A stretch of 64,000 nucleotides of DNA, taken from NCBI GenBank assembly GCA_965242525.1, contig OZ251459.1:512001-576000 (forward strand), given 5' to 3'. Below the pieces are notes generated by a model. The model was not told where the DNA came from. It saw nothing but the letters and a program-made list of their open reading frames with translations, and did not search any database. Each line of letters starts with the position of its first letter. The stretch's first letter is position 1. Shown here one piece after another: positions 9,586 to 17,961 of the stretch. A program made the translations under genes and the position numbers. Origin of the DNA: an uncultured Candidatus Binatia bacterium (GTDB taxonomy: Bacteria > Desulfobacterota > Binatia > UBA9968 > JAJDTQ01).

Positions 9586-10539
9586 ATGGGCGCGATACTG
9601 GGAAAGGGCGCGTTTCGCTACGAGGTCCGGGAGGGGTGGGCCAGGCTGCCGGACGGCATGGCCTTCAGGGAGGTGGCGGGAGTCGGCGTGGACAAGGCCG
9701 ACAACGTGTACTGCTTCACCCGGGGCGACCACCCGGTGATCGTGTTCGACCGGGACGGCCGCTTCCTGCGGACCTGGGGGGAAGGGGTCTTCACCCGCGC
9801 CCACGGCGTCACCATGGGGCCGGACGACACCATCTTCCTCACCGACGACGGCGACCACACGGTGCGCAAGTGCACACTGGACGGCAAGGTGCTGATGACG
9901 CTGGGGGTCCCGGGCAAGGCCGCGGCCTTCCAGGGAGGCGAGCCCTTCAACCGCTGCACCCACGTGGCCTTCTCGCCGCAAGGCGACATCTACGTCTCGG
10001 ACGGCTACGGCAACTCCCGGGTGCACAAGTACTCCCCGGACGGCAGGCTGCTGTTCTCCTGGGGCGAGCCCGGCACCGACCCGGGCCAGTTCAACCTGGT
10101 GCACAACGTCTGCACCGACGCGGACGGCTGGGTCTATGTGGCGGACCGGGAGAACCACCGCATCCAGGTGTTCGACGGCAAGGGCCGGTTCGAGACCCAG
10201 TGGTGCGACAACCTGCACCGCCCCTGCGCGCTGTACATGGAGGCCGGCCCCAACCCCGTCTGCTACATCGGCGAGCTGGGTCCGGGGGCGTCGCAGAACG
10301 CGGCCTACCCGAACATCGGCCACCGCATCGTGGTCCGCAGCGCCGACGGCGTGGAGCTGGCGCGCTTCGGCCATCCGGTCATGGGCGAGGGGCCGGGCCA
10401 GTTCATCGCTCCCCACGGCCTGTGCCTGGACTCGCGCAGGAACCTCTACGTGGCGGAGGTCTCCTGGACCATCATGGGACGCCGGCTGGACCCGCCCCGG
10501 GAGATGCGCAGCCTGCAGAAGCTGGTCAGGCTGGACTGA
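9586..10539 (+). CDS. NHL-repeat beta-propeller (peptidyl-alpha-hydroxyglycine lyase-like)
   Basis: Repeated FxxPH/G.IYVSDGYGNSRV/YVADRENHRIQVFD motifs. Confidence 0.88.
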   Translation: MGAILGKGAFRYEVREGWARLPDGMAFREVAGVGVDKADNVYCFTRGDHPVIVFDRDGRFLRTWGEGVFTRAHGVTMGPDDTIFLTDDGDHTVRKCTLDGKVLMTLGVPGKAAAFQGGEPFNRCTHVAFSPQGDIYVSDGYGNSRVHKYSPDGRLLFSWGEPGTDPGQFNLVHNVCTDADGWVYVADRENHRIQVFDGKGRFETQWCDNLHRPCALYMEAGPNPVCYIGELGPGASQNAAYPNIGHRIVVRSADGVELARFGHPVMGEGPGQFIAPHGLCLDSRRNLYVAEVSWTIMGRRLDPPREMRSLQKLVRLD

Positions 10540-11752
10540 CCGGGTCCGCGTCCTCCCGCTCCGCCCGGGGCAGGAGCCAGGGGAGCGCCAGCCCCACGGC
10601 CAGGGCGCCGGCGCCGCCAATGAGGTAGGGCGCCCGGGCGCCCGCGCGGTCGAGGATCCAGCCGGACGCGGTGTTGGAGGCGATGCCCCCGAGCCCGAGT
10701 CCCACCATGGCCACCAGGGACTGGGCGGTGGAGCGCAGCCGCCCGGGAGCCACGCTATCGACGTACAACGGGCCGCCCATCATCAGGCCCGTGACCATCA
10801 CGCCGTGCAGGGTCTGCACCGGGTAGATCCAGTAGGGGTTGGCGGTGAGTCCGCACACCGTCCAGCGGACGCCGCCGGCCAGCACGCCCGCGGCCAGCAG
10901 CCCCCGGGAGCCCACGCGCTTGAGGCCCATGCCGGTGCACAGGATGAGCGGGACCTCCACCACCAGCATCAGGATCCACATGTGCTGCACGGTCTCCAGT
11001 GTGCCCCCTTGGGAGCGGACGTACACCGGCAGCAGCCCCATGGGGCCGGTGACGAACAGGTAGGCGCTGAACGAGACCAGGAGCAGGCGGCGCATGGGGC
11101 GGTTGCGGAGGAGGACGCGCCACTCCCCCCGTGCGGCCCGCAGCGCCGCGACCCCCTCCCGGGGCAGGGCGAGGGCCAGGACCCCGGCCAGCAGCACGAT
11201 GCCGGCGGCGCCCTGGAACATCACCCCCAGGCCCGGCTCCGACGGCCCTCCCGGCGCCGGGGCCAGCCCCTGCCAGCGCTGCACCGCGTCCAGCGCCCCG
11301 GGGAAGGCCAGCACCGCGGCCAGGAAGCCCACGGTGCCCCAGGCCCGGGCGAAGCCGTACGCGTGGGGTCCGGAAAAACGGAAGGCCGCCAGTGCGACGG
11401 ACACCGAAAGCGGGATCACCGGGGTCGAGAACGACGCCAGGAAGACCGCGGCCAGGAGGATGAACGCGAACCCCCGGGCCAGCCCCAGCAGCGCGAAACC
11501 CGACGCGGACGCCAGGGTCAGGAAGGCCACGAGCCGGCCCCGGGCGCCGGTCCGGTCCGCCACCTGGCCCCAGAACGGCTGCGCCGCGATCCCCACCAGG
11601 GGCATGACCGAGAGGACCATGCCCAGTTGGGCGCCGCTCAACCCGGCGTTCTCCTTGAGGTAGAGGCTGTAGTAGGGGAAGAAGACCCCCAGGGCCCCGA
11701 AGAAAGTGAACCAGAACAGGGAGATGGACAGGCCGTGGCGCCGGAAGCTCAT
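10526..11752 (-). CDS. MFS transporter (HcaT/nucleoside symporter-like)
   Basis: About 12 hydrophobic segments, PFWGQVADR, YGFARAWGT. Confidence 0.85.
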   Translation of the reverse strand: MSFRRHGLSISLFWFTFFGALGVFFPYYSLYLKENAGLSGAQLGMVLSVMPLVGIAAQPFWGQVADRTGARGRLVAFLTLASASGFALLGLARGFAFILLAAVFLASFSTPVIPLSVSVALAAFRFSGPHAYGFARAWGTVGFLAAVLAFPGALDAVQRWQGLAPAPGGPSEPGLGVMFQGAAGIVLLAGVLALALPREGVAALRAARGEWRVLLRNRPMRRLLLVSFSAYLFVTGPMGLLPVYVRSQGGTLETVQHMWILMLVVEVPLILCTGMGLKRVGSRGLLAAGVLAGGVRWTVCGLTANPYWIYPVQTLHGVMVTGLMMGGPLYVDSVAPGRLRSTAQSLVAMVGLGLGGIASNTASGWILDRAGARAPYLIGGAGALAVGLALPWLLPRAEREDADPVSPA

Positions 11753-11889
11753 GGAGCCTCAAGTCTATCCCAACGCGCCGGCAATGGACACCCGGCCGTC
11801 GGGAATGAAACTTGCACCGTTATGCGATAGAGTATTCCCGGGAAGGCGGGAGTCCCGCCCGTGCGCCGGCGAAGGCCGCTTCGCCCGAA

Positions 11890-11998
11890 GGGAACCCGGA
11901 ACGATTGCCTCCGTTCGTCCTGAGCGTAGCGAAGCGAAGTCGAAGGACGCGCTTTCCCGCAGCGGGATGGCGTTCGAACCGGAATGGGACAGACGTCC
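11890..11998. mobile_element. MITE family A copy
   Basis: TIR-like ends, CGAA duplicated on both sides, core palindrome; abuts the AAGGAGG of the next gene. Confidence 0.7.
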
Positions 11999-12013
11999 CG
12001 AAGGAGGGTTGGA

Positions 12014-12403
12014 ATGGCAAGACTCAAGCACGTTGCGATCAGGACCGGAGACGTGGCGAAGACCGCGGCCTTCTACAAGGAGGCGTTCGACCTCCGGGAG
12101 GTCGGCAAGGGCCGGGCCGGCGTCTATCTCTCCGACGGCCACGTGAACTTCGCGATCCTGGACCTCAAGACCCCCTCATCTCCCGCGGGGGTGGACCATT
12201 TCGGTTTCCAGGTGGACGACCTGGAGAAGACGGTGGAGCGGGTGTCCGAGCTCGGCGGCGGGCGGCTCACGGATCTGGCGCGGCTGACCCCCGGCGACCC
12301 GTCCCATCCCCAGTCCTACTTCGAGGTCAAGGTGACCGGCCCCGACGACCAGGAGATCGACGTGTCCGACACCGGATGGGTGGGCGCTCCCCGTGGAACC
12401 TAG
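12014..12403 (+). CDS. VOC family protein
   Basis: LKHVAIRT.D...A.FY, YLSDGHVNFAIL, GVDHFGFQVDDL. Confidence 0.85.
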   Translation: MARLKHVAIRTGDVAKTAAFYKEAFDLREVGKGRAGVYLSDGHVNFAILDLKTPSSPAGVDHFGFQVDDLEKTVERVSELGGGRLTDLARLTPGDPSHPQSYFEVKVTGPDDQEIDVSDTGWVGAPRGT

Positions 12404-12433
12404 CGGCCGTTGCGGCGGCCGGACGGAGGTCTC

Positions 12434-13252
12434 GTGAGCCGCGGCAAGGACGGGAGCGCCGGGGAGTTGTTCGAAGAGCTCGTGGGGGTCATGGCCCGTC
12501 TGCGGGGCGAAGGCGGGTGCCCCTGGGACCGGGAGCAGACCCACGCGTCGTTGAAGCGCTACGCGCTGGAGGAAACCTACGAGCTCCTGGAGGCCATCGA
12601 CGGGGGCGACGACGACGCCATCCGGGAAGAGCTGGGCGACGTGCTGCTGCAAGTGCTGTTCCATTCCCGGATTGCGGAGGAGGAGCGGCGGTTCGCGGTC
12701 GAGGGGGTGATGGCCGGCCTGCGGGACAAGCTGGTGCGGCGGCATCCCCACGTGTTCGGCGGCGAGCGCGCCGAGGACGCCGACGCGGTGCTGCGGAACT
12801 GGGAGAAGATCAAGGCCATGGAGAAGCAGCCCGGGAGCCGCGGGCAGGGGCGCTCCCTCTTCACTTCCGTGCCCCGGGCCATGCCGGCCCTGGCCCGGGC
12901 CCAGCGGACCGGCGACAAGGCCGCGGGCGCGGGGTTCGACTGGCCCGACGCGGAGCCGGTCTGGCGCAAGGTCGAGGAAGAGCTGGAGGAGCTCCGGGAG
13001 GCGGCGGGGAGCGGCGAGGCCGGGCGCGTGGAGGCGGAGCTCGGGGACCTGCTGTTCTCTGTGGTCAACCTGGGCCGGTTCCTGGAGGTGCAGGCGGAAG
13101 AGGCCCTGGCCGGCGCGGTCGAACGGTTCCAGCAGCGCTGCGCCCGGGTCGAGCGCGAGCTCGCGGGCCGGGGCAGGACGGTGGGCGAGGCGTCGCCGGA
13201 GGAGCTAGACCGGGCGTGGGAACGGGCCAAGGCTCCCGGGGGGCCGCGGTGA
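12434..13252 (+). CDS. mazG: Nucleoside triphosphate pyrophosphohydrolase
   Basis: GCPWDREQTH.SL, EETYE, EELGDVLLQ, RRHPHVF, second ELGDLLF domain. Confidence 0.93.
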   Translation: MSRGKDGSAGELFEELVGVMARLRGEGGCPWDREQTHASLKRYALEETYELLEAIDGGDDDAIREELGDVLLQVLFHSRIAEEERRFAVEGVMAGLRDKLVRRHPHVFGGERAEDADAVLRNWEKIKAMEKQPGSRGQGRSLFTSVPRAMPALARAQRTGDKAAGAGFDWPDAEPVWRKVEEELEELREAAGSGEAGRVEAELGDLLFSVVNLGRFLEVQAEEALAGAVERFQQRCARVERELAGRGRTVGEASPEELDRAWERAKAPGGPR

Positions 13253-14217
13253 GGGCGCTCCGCACGGCTTTCCTGGACGCGGCCACTTTCGGCGTCGTCT
13301 CCCTCGCCCGGTTCGAGGAAGCCGGCGAGTGCGCGGCGCACGAGCTGACGGACGCGGCCGAGTTGCCCGAACGGCTCGCCGGTTGCGAGGTCGTGGTGGT
13401 GAACAAGTTCGTCCTCGACCGGGAACGGTTGGAGCATCCTTCGGCCCGGGGTCTCCGGCTCATCGCGGTGGGGGCCACGGGCACCGACAACGTGGACGTC
13501 GGGTGCGCCCGGGAACTCGGGATCGCGGTGTGCAACGTGCCGGGCTACGCCGCCGCGGCGGTGGCGCAGTTCACCCTGGCGCTGATCCTGGAGTTGGCCA
13601 CCCAGGCGGCCCGGTACGCCCAGGGCACGCGCATGGGCCGCTGGCAGGAGAGCACGACCTTCACGCGGCACGACTACCCGAGCTTCGAGCTGCGGGGGCG
13701 CGTGCTGGGGATCGTCGGGTACGGCGCCATCGGGCGCAAGGTGGCGGAGACGGCCCGGGTCCTCGGCATGAAGGTGGCGCTGGCCGACCGGGTGGGGGAC
13801 CGACGGCGCCGGCCGGACCGCCTGCCCCTGGAGGAAGTGCTGGGGCAGGCCGATTTCGTGAGCCTGCATTGCCCGCTGACGCCGCTCACCGCGGAGCTCG
13901 TCAACCGGCGCACCCTGGCGCTGATGAAGCCCACCGCCTACCTGGTCAACACCGCCCGCGGCGGCCTGGTGGATGAGGCGGCGTTGATCGAGGCGCTGGA
14001 GCAGGGCCGGCTCGCGGGCGCGGCCCTCGACGTCATCTCGCAGGAGCCGCCGGACGAAGGCCATCCGATGATGGCCGCGGCGGCCCGGCTGGACAACCTC
14101 CTGGTAACCCCCCACTGCGCCTGGGCCGCGCGGGAGACGCGCCAGCGGCTGATGGACGAAGTGTTCGAGAACGTCCAGGCGTTCCGCCGCGGCCACAGGC
14201 GGAACCGCGTGGACTAG
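13249..14217 (+). CDS. D-2-hydroxyacid dehydrogenase (glycerate dehydrogenase/hydroxypyruvate reductase-like)
   Basis: ATGTDNVD, GIVGYGAIG, SLHCPLT, NTARGGLVD, TPHCAW; GTG start overlaps the mazG stop. Confidence 0.9.
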   Translation: MRALRTAFLDAATFGVVSLARFEEAGECAAHELTDAAELPERLAGCEVVVVNKFVLDRERLEHPSARGLRLIAVGATGTDNVDVGCARELGIAVCNVPGYAAAAVAQFTLALILELATQAARYAQGTRMGRWQESTTFTRHDYPSFELRGRVLGIVGYGAIGRKVAETARVLGMKVALADRVGDRRRRPDRLPLEEVLGQADFVSLHCPLTPLTAELVNRRTLALMKPTAYLVNTARGGLVDEAALIEALEQGRLAGAALDVISQEPPDEGHPMMAAAARLDNLLVTPHCAWAARETRQRLMDEVFENVQAFRRGHRRNRVD

Positions 14218-14235
14218 TTGCGGGACCGTCTCCCC

Positions 14236-14427
14236 TTACGCCCGGCTGCCTCGGATCTCCCCTCGCAGTTCGGAAAACTCCCGCGCCAGGTTGTGGATGT
14301 CCTTCCGCAACTCGTTGACCTGTTCCTGGAGCCGGTCGATCCTGGTGTCGAGTCGTCCGGTGATTCGCCAGACGAACAGGCCGAGGGCGATTCCGAGGCC
14401 GATCATGGTCAGTATCTCGCTGCTCAT
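14236..14427 (-). CDS. Small N-anchored coiled-coil protein, copy 3 (63 aa)
   Basis: Hydrophobic N-terminal helix ILTMIGLGIALGLFVW followed by heptads; AAGGGAAGG SD; paralogous to its neighbours. Confidence 0.75.
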   Translation of the reverse strand: MSSEILTMIGLGIALGLFVWRITGRLDTRIDRLQEQVNELRKDIHNLAREFSELRGEIRGSRA

Positions 14428-14544
14428 CTTCGGGGCCTTCCCTTCATGCGTCCTGTTTCGTCCGTTCGATCCGGCCCGGCCCGTGGAGACGTTCCGGCGC
14501 CGCGGAAGACGGAACCGCGCGGCCCGGTTTCCGACCGCCTTTCG

Positions 14545-14757
14545 TCACGCGTGGCTGCCTCGGATCTCCCCTCGCAGTTCGGAAAACTCCCGCGCCAGGT
14601 TGTGGACGTCCTTCCGCAACTCGTTGACCTGTTCCTGGAGCCGGTCGATCCGGTTGTCGAGCCGGTCGATCCTGGTGTCGAGTCGTCCGGTGATTCGCCA
14701 GACGAACAGGCCGAGGGCGATTCCGAGGCCGATCATGGTCAGTATCTCGCTGCTCAT
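14545..14757 (-). CDS. Small N-anchored coiled-coil protein, copy 2 (70 aa)
   Basis: Same as copy 3 plus one extra heptad (DNRIDRL); same SD/ATG context. Confidence 0.75.
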   Translation of the reverse strand: MSSEILTMIGLGIALGLFVWRITGRLDTRIDRLDNRIDRLQEQVNELRKDVHNLAREFSELRGEIRGSHA

Positions 14758-14875
14758 CTTCGGGGCCTTCCCTTCATGCGTCCGGCTTCGTCCCCTCGAC
14801 CCGGCCCGGCCCGCGGAGGCGTTCCGGCGCCGCGGGAGACCGGAACCGCGCGGCCCGGTTTCCGACCGCCTTTCG

Positions 14876-15130
14876 TCACGCGTGGCTGCCTCGGATCTCC
14901 CCTCGCAGTTCGGAGAACTCCCGCGCCAGGTTGTGGACGTCCTTCCGCAACTCGTTGACCTGTTCCTGGAGCCGGTCGATCCTGTTGTCGATCCGGTCGA
15001 TGCGGGTATCGAGTCGGTCGATGCGGGTATCGAGTCGGTCGATCCTGGTATCGAGTCGTCCGGTAATTCGCCAGAGGAACAGGCCAAGGGCGATTCCGAG
15101 GCCGATCATGGTCAGTATCTCGTTGCTCAT
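14876..15130 (-). CDS. Small N-anchored coiled-coil protein, copy 1 (84 aa)
   Basis: Same scaffold with three extra 21-bp heptad units. Confidence 0.75.
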   Translation of the reverse strand: MSNEILTMIGLGIALGLFLWRITGRLDTRIDRLDTRIDRLDTRIDRIDNRIDRLQEQVNELRKDVHNLAREFSELRGEIRGSHA

Positions 15131-15234
15131 CTTCGGGGCCTTCCCTTCATGCGTCCTGTTTCGTCCTCTTGACCTTGATCGGTACTTTTTCCCGTGACTT
15201 TAGTCCATGTCGTGGATTTTCTCTGTTCAAGGGG

Positions 15235-15264
15235 AAGTTAACCCAAGGATTTCGGCCCTGTCAA
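15235..15264 (-). promoter_or_regulatory. Putative sigma-70 promoter of the mini-gene array
   Basis: TTGACA-18 nt-TAACTT on the minus strand within an AT-rich patch. Confidence 0.45.
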
Positions 15265-15355
15265 TCGAGTCCGCGGAACGACGCGACGGACCGCGGCCCC
15301 CGGCGGGCGTGGCGGCGTCGGCGGTTGCGCGCCCTTGCCGGCCGGGCGCGAGCCG

Positions 15356-16219
15356 CTACCGGCCGGTGATGAGGACGGCGCCGCCGAGGAGGGACAGGGC
15401 CCCGAGGACGACGTTGAGTGTGACCTTCTCCAGGTCCCGGAGGAAGACGAGGCTGAAGAAGAGCGAGAAGAGGGGCGTGGTATTGAGCAGGGGGACCATG
15501 ACCGAGACCTCGCCCAGGCTCAGGGAGACGAACACGAGGAGTTGCGAGCCGGCCGAGACGAACGCCGCGGGCAGGAAGTAGGGCATGCTTTCCCGGCTCG
15601 GCGCCACCACCGGGAACTGCCGCTTGATCCAGAGGTACAGGGCAAAGATGGTGAGGGAGGTCCCCGTGGTCACCGCGCCCCCGACGAACGGGTTGGGCAG
15701 GATGAGCAGCCCCGCCCTGCGGAAGTTCTGGGACACCCCGGCCAGCAACCCCCCGGCCATGGGATAGAGCGCGTCCACGAGCCGCCAGTCGCCCGCGGCG
15801 GCGCCCCTCCGGTAGAGGACCATCCACCCTCCGGCGACGATGAGCAGCGCTCCGAGATAGACCGGCGCGGTGGGCCGCTCGTGCAGGAAGAGCACCGCGA
15901 CCGCCACGGAGAAGAGCGGTCCGGTGCCGCGAAGGGGCATGGCCCGGGCCACCCCCAGGCGTTCGATGCCGATGTAGAGCAGTATCCGCGCCAGCAGGGG
16001 CTGGAGCGTGCCGCTGGCCATGAAGTAGAAGGCCGCGGGGGACCGGACCACGGACAAGGGGTAGCGGAGCGCCACGTAGGACCACATCAGCACGGCGGTG
16101 GCCACGTAGCTGAGGAAAGCCGCGCTGAGGACGCTGGAGGCGCGCGCGCCCCGGCGCACCAAGATGGAGTCCACGGCCCAGCCCATGGCCGAGATGATGG
16201 GGACGATTTCGGGGCGCAT
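15356..16219 (-). CDS. DMT/EamA family transporter
   Basis: Two hydrophobic repeats, GTGPLFS...LHER, NTTPLFS. Confidence 0.85.
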   Translation of the reverse strand: MRPEIVPIISAMGWAVDSILVRRGARASSVLSAAFLSYVATAVLMWSYVALRYPLSVVRSPAAFYFMASGTLQPLLARILLYIGIERLGVARAMPLRGTGPLFSVAVAVLFLHERPTAPVYLGALLIVAGGWMVLYRRGAAAGDWRLVDALYPMAGGLLAGVSQNFRRAGLLILPNPFVGGAVTTGTSLTIFALYLWIKRQFPVVAPSRESMPYFLPAAFVSAGSQLLVFVSLSLGEVSVMVPLLNTTPLFSLFFSLVFLRDLEKVTLNVVLGALSLLGGAVLITGR

Positions 16220-16398
16220 CGCTTCGGGTCTCGGGAGGATGCAGTCCGCTGTAGCCGATACCGCCCGGATAGGCAAACCGGACAGGCGAACGAGGGGCTG
16301 CGGCCCCGGCGTTTCGGGCGCCGCTTGACGACCGTTGCCGCGGGACGCTACGGTAGCTTCCCGTACCCGGCGCCGCCGCACGCGCCCCGGCACCCGTC

Positions 16399-17364
16399 AT
16401 GAAACCGCCGCCCTTCCGTTACCACTCCCCCCGGTCGCTGCCCGAGGCTCTGGATCTCCTGCGGGACCTGTCCGGGGACGTCCGGGTGCTCGCCGGCGGA
16501 CAGAGCCTTGCGCCGCTGCTCAACCTGCGCCTTGCCCGTCCGGATGCGCTGGTGGACCTCAACCGGGTGGAGGGGCTGTCCTACATCCGCGAAGCGGACC
16601 CTCACGAAGCGGACCCTCACGAAGCGGACCCTCACGACGGAGGCGCTCACGAAGGGGGCGTCCACGAAGCGGGGGGCGCACGGCTTCGCCTGGGCGCCAT
16701 GACCCGGCAGCGCGAGGCCGAGTTCTCGCCCCTGCTGGCGGAGCGCTGCCCGCTCCTGGTGGAGGCCCTGGTCCAGGTGGGCCATCCCGCGGTCCGCAAC
16801 CGCGGCACCATCGGCGGCAGCCTCGCCCATGCCGACCCGGTGGCCGAGCTCCCCTGCGCCATGACCGCGCTGGAGGCCGAGTTCGTGCTGGCCGGCCCCC
16901 GGGGCGAGCGGGTGGCGCGGGCCCGGGACTTCTTCCTGGCCCCCTACGAGACCGCGCTGGCCCCCGGCGAGCTGCTCGTGGAGGTCAGGGTCCCGGCGGC
17001 CGCGGCGCCGCGGGGCGCCAGCTTCGTGGAGTTCAGCCGCCGGCACGGCGACTTCGCCCTGGCCGCGGCCGCGGTGGTGCTGGACGGCGACCGCCGCTGC
17101 ACCGGCGCGCGGGTGGCCGCGGCCGGTCCGGCGTGGACGCCCTCGCGGCTCGACGCGGTGGAGCGGCTGGTGGCCGGGTCCCGGGTGGCCCGCACGGACC
17201 GGGCCGCGCAGCGCGAGCTGGCGGAAGAGGCGGGCCGGGCCGCGGAAACCGAGGCCGCGGCCCTGGCGACCCGTGACGACGCCACCGACTACCAGCGGCG
17301 CCTGGCCGGGGTGCTGGTGAAGCGCGGGGTGGCCAAGGCGCTGGAGCGATGGAGCAGCCGGTGA
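16399..17364 (+). CDS. Molybdenum hydroxylase FAD-binding subunit (CoxM/XdhB-like)
   Basis: MKPPPFRY, LAGGQSL, RNRGTIGGSLAHADP, RRHGDFA. Confidence 0.9.
   Translation: MKPPPFRYHSPRSLPEALDLLRDLSGDVRVLAGGQSLAPLLNLRLARPDALVDLNRVEGLSYIREADPHEADPHEADPHDGGAHEGGVHEAGGARLRLGAMTRQREAEFSPLLAERCPLLVEALVQVGHPAVRNRGTIGGSLAHADPVAELPCAMTALEAEFVLAGPRGERVARARDFFLAPYETALAPGELLVEVRVPAAAAPRGASFVEFSRRHGDFALAAAAVVLDGDRRCTGARVAAAGPAWTPSRLDAVERLVAGSRVARTDRAAQRELAEEAGRAAETEAAALATRDDATDYQRRLAGVLVKRGVAKALERWSSR
16591..16665 (+). repeat. In-frame 15-bp tandem repeat inside the CoxM-like gene
   Basis: GAAGCGGACCCTCAC x3 plus two degenerate units (EADPH EADPH EADPH DGGAH EGGVH). Confidence 0.85.
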
Positions 17365-17861
17365 CGGACCCGACCCGCAGACGCGCCGTCTCGGTGACGG
17401 TCAACGGAGCGCCCTGCGCCGCGGAGGTGGACGTGCGCAAGACCCTCGCCGACTTCCTGCGGGAGGACGCGGGCTTCACCGGCGTCCACGTGGGCTGCGA
17501 GCACGGCGTGTGCGGCGCCTGCTCCGTGTTGATGGACGGCGAGGTGGTGCGGTCGTGCATCCTGTTCGCGGTGCAGGCGGACGGCCACGAGGTCGTCACG
17601 GTCGAAGGCCTCGGCAGCGGCGAGGGGATCAGTCCGCTGCAACAGGCGTTCGTGGACCATCACGCGCTCCAGTGCGGTTTCTGCACTCCGGGCATGCTGC
17701 TGGCCGCGGTGGACCTGCTGAAGCGCTGTCCGGACCCCACCGAGGCGCAGGTCCGCGAGGCCCTGTCCGGCAACCTGTGCATGTGCACCGGCTACACGGG
17801 CATCGTCCGGGCGGTGCGCGCCGCGGCGCCGCAAATCGCCGCGAACGAAAGGAGACGCTGA
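17349..17861 (+). CDS. Molybdenum hydroxylase 2Fe-2S subunit (CoxS-like)
   Basis: [27 protein letters not shown]. Confidence 0.92.
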   Translation: MEQPVTDPTRRRAVSVTVNGAPCAAEVDVRKTLADFLREDAGFTGVHVGCEHGVCGACSVLMDGEVVRSCILFAVQADGHEVVTVEGLGSGEGISPLQQAFVDHHALQCGFCTPGMLLAAVDLLKRCPDPTEAQVREALSGNLCMCTGYTGIVRAVRAAAPQIAANERRR

Positions 17862-17942
17862 ACGACCGTTCGGTTCGTCCCGAGGGTAGCGAAGTCGAAG
17901 GACGCGCTTTCCCGGGGAGGGCCGGCATCGTGCAGACGTTCC
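17851..17942. mobile_element. MITE family A copy inserted at the coxS-coxL junction
   Basis: TIR-like GGAGACGCTGAACGA...CAGACGTTCC, GAAA duplicated at 17847-17850 and 17943-17946. Confidence 0.7.
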
Positions 17943-17961
17943 GAAAGGCTGACCTTCGGGC

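Noticed and set aside
14218-15197. Long plus-strand ORFs across the mini-gene array, and an integron-cassette interpretation
   Set aside because: They are antisense shadows of the repeated genes; no RYYYAAC/GTTRRRY attC boundaries or integrase seen
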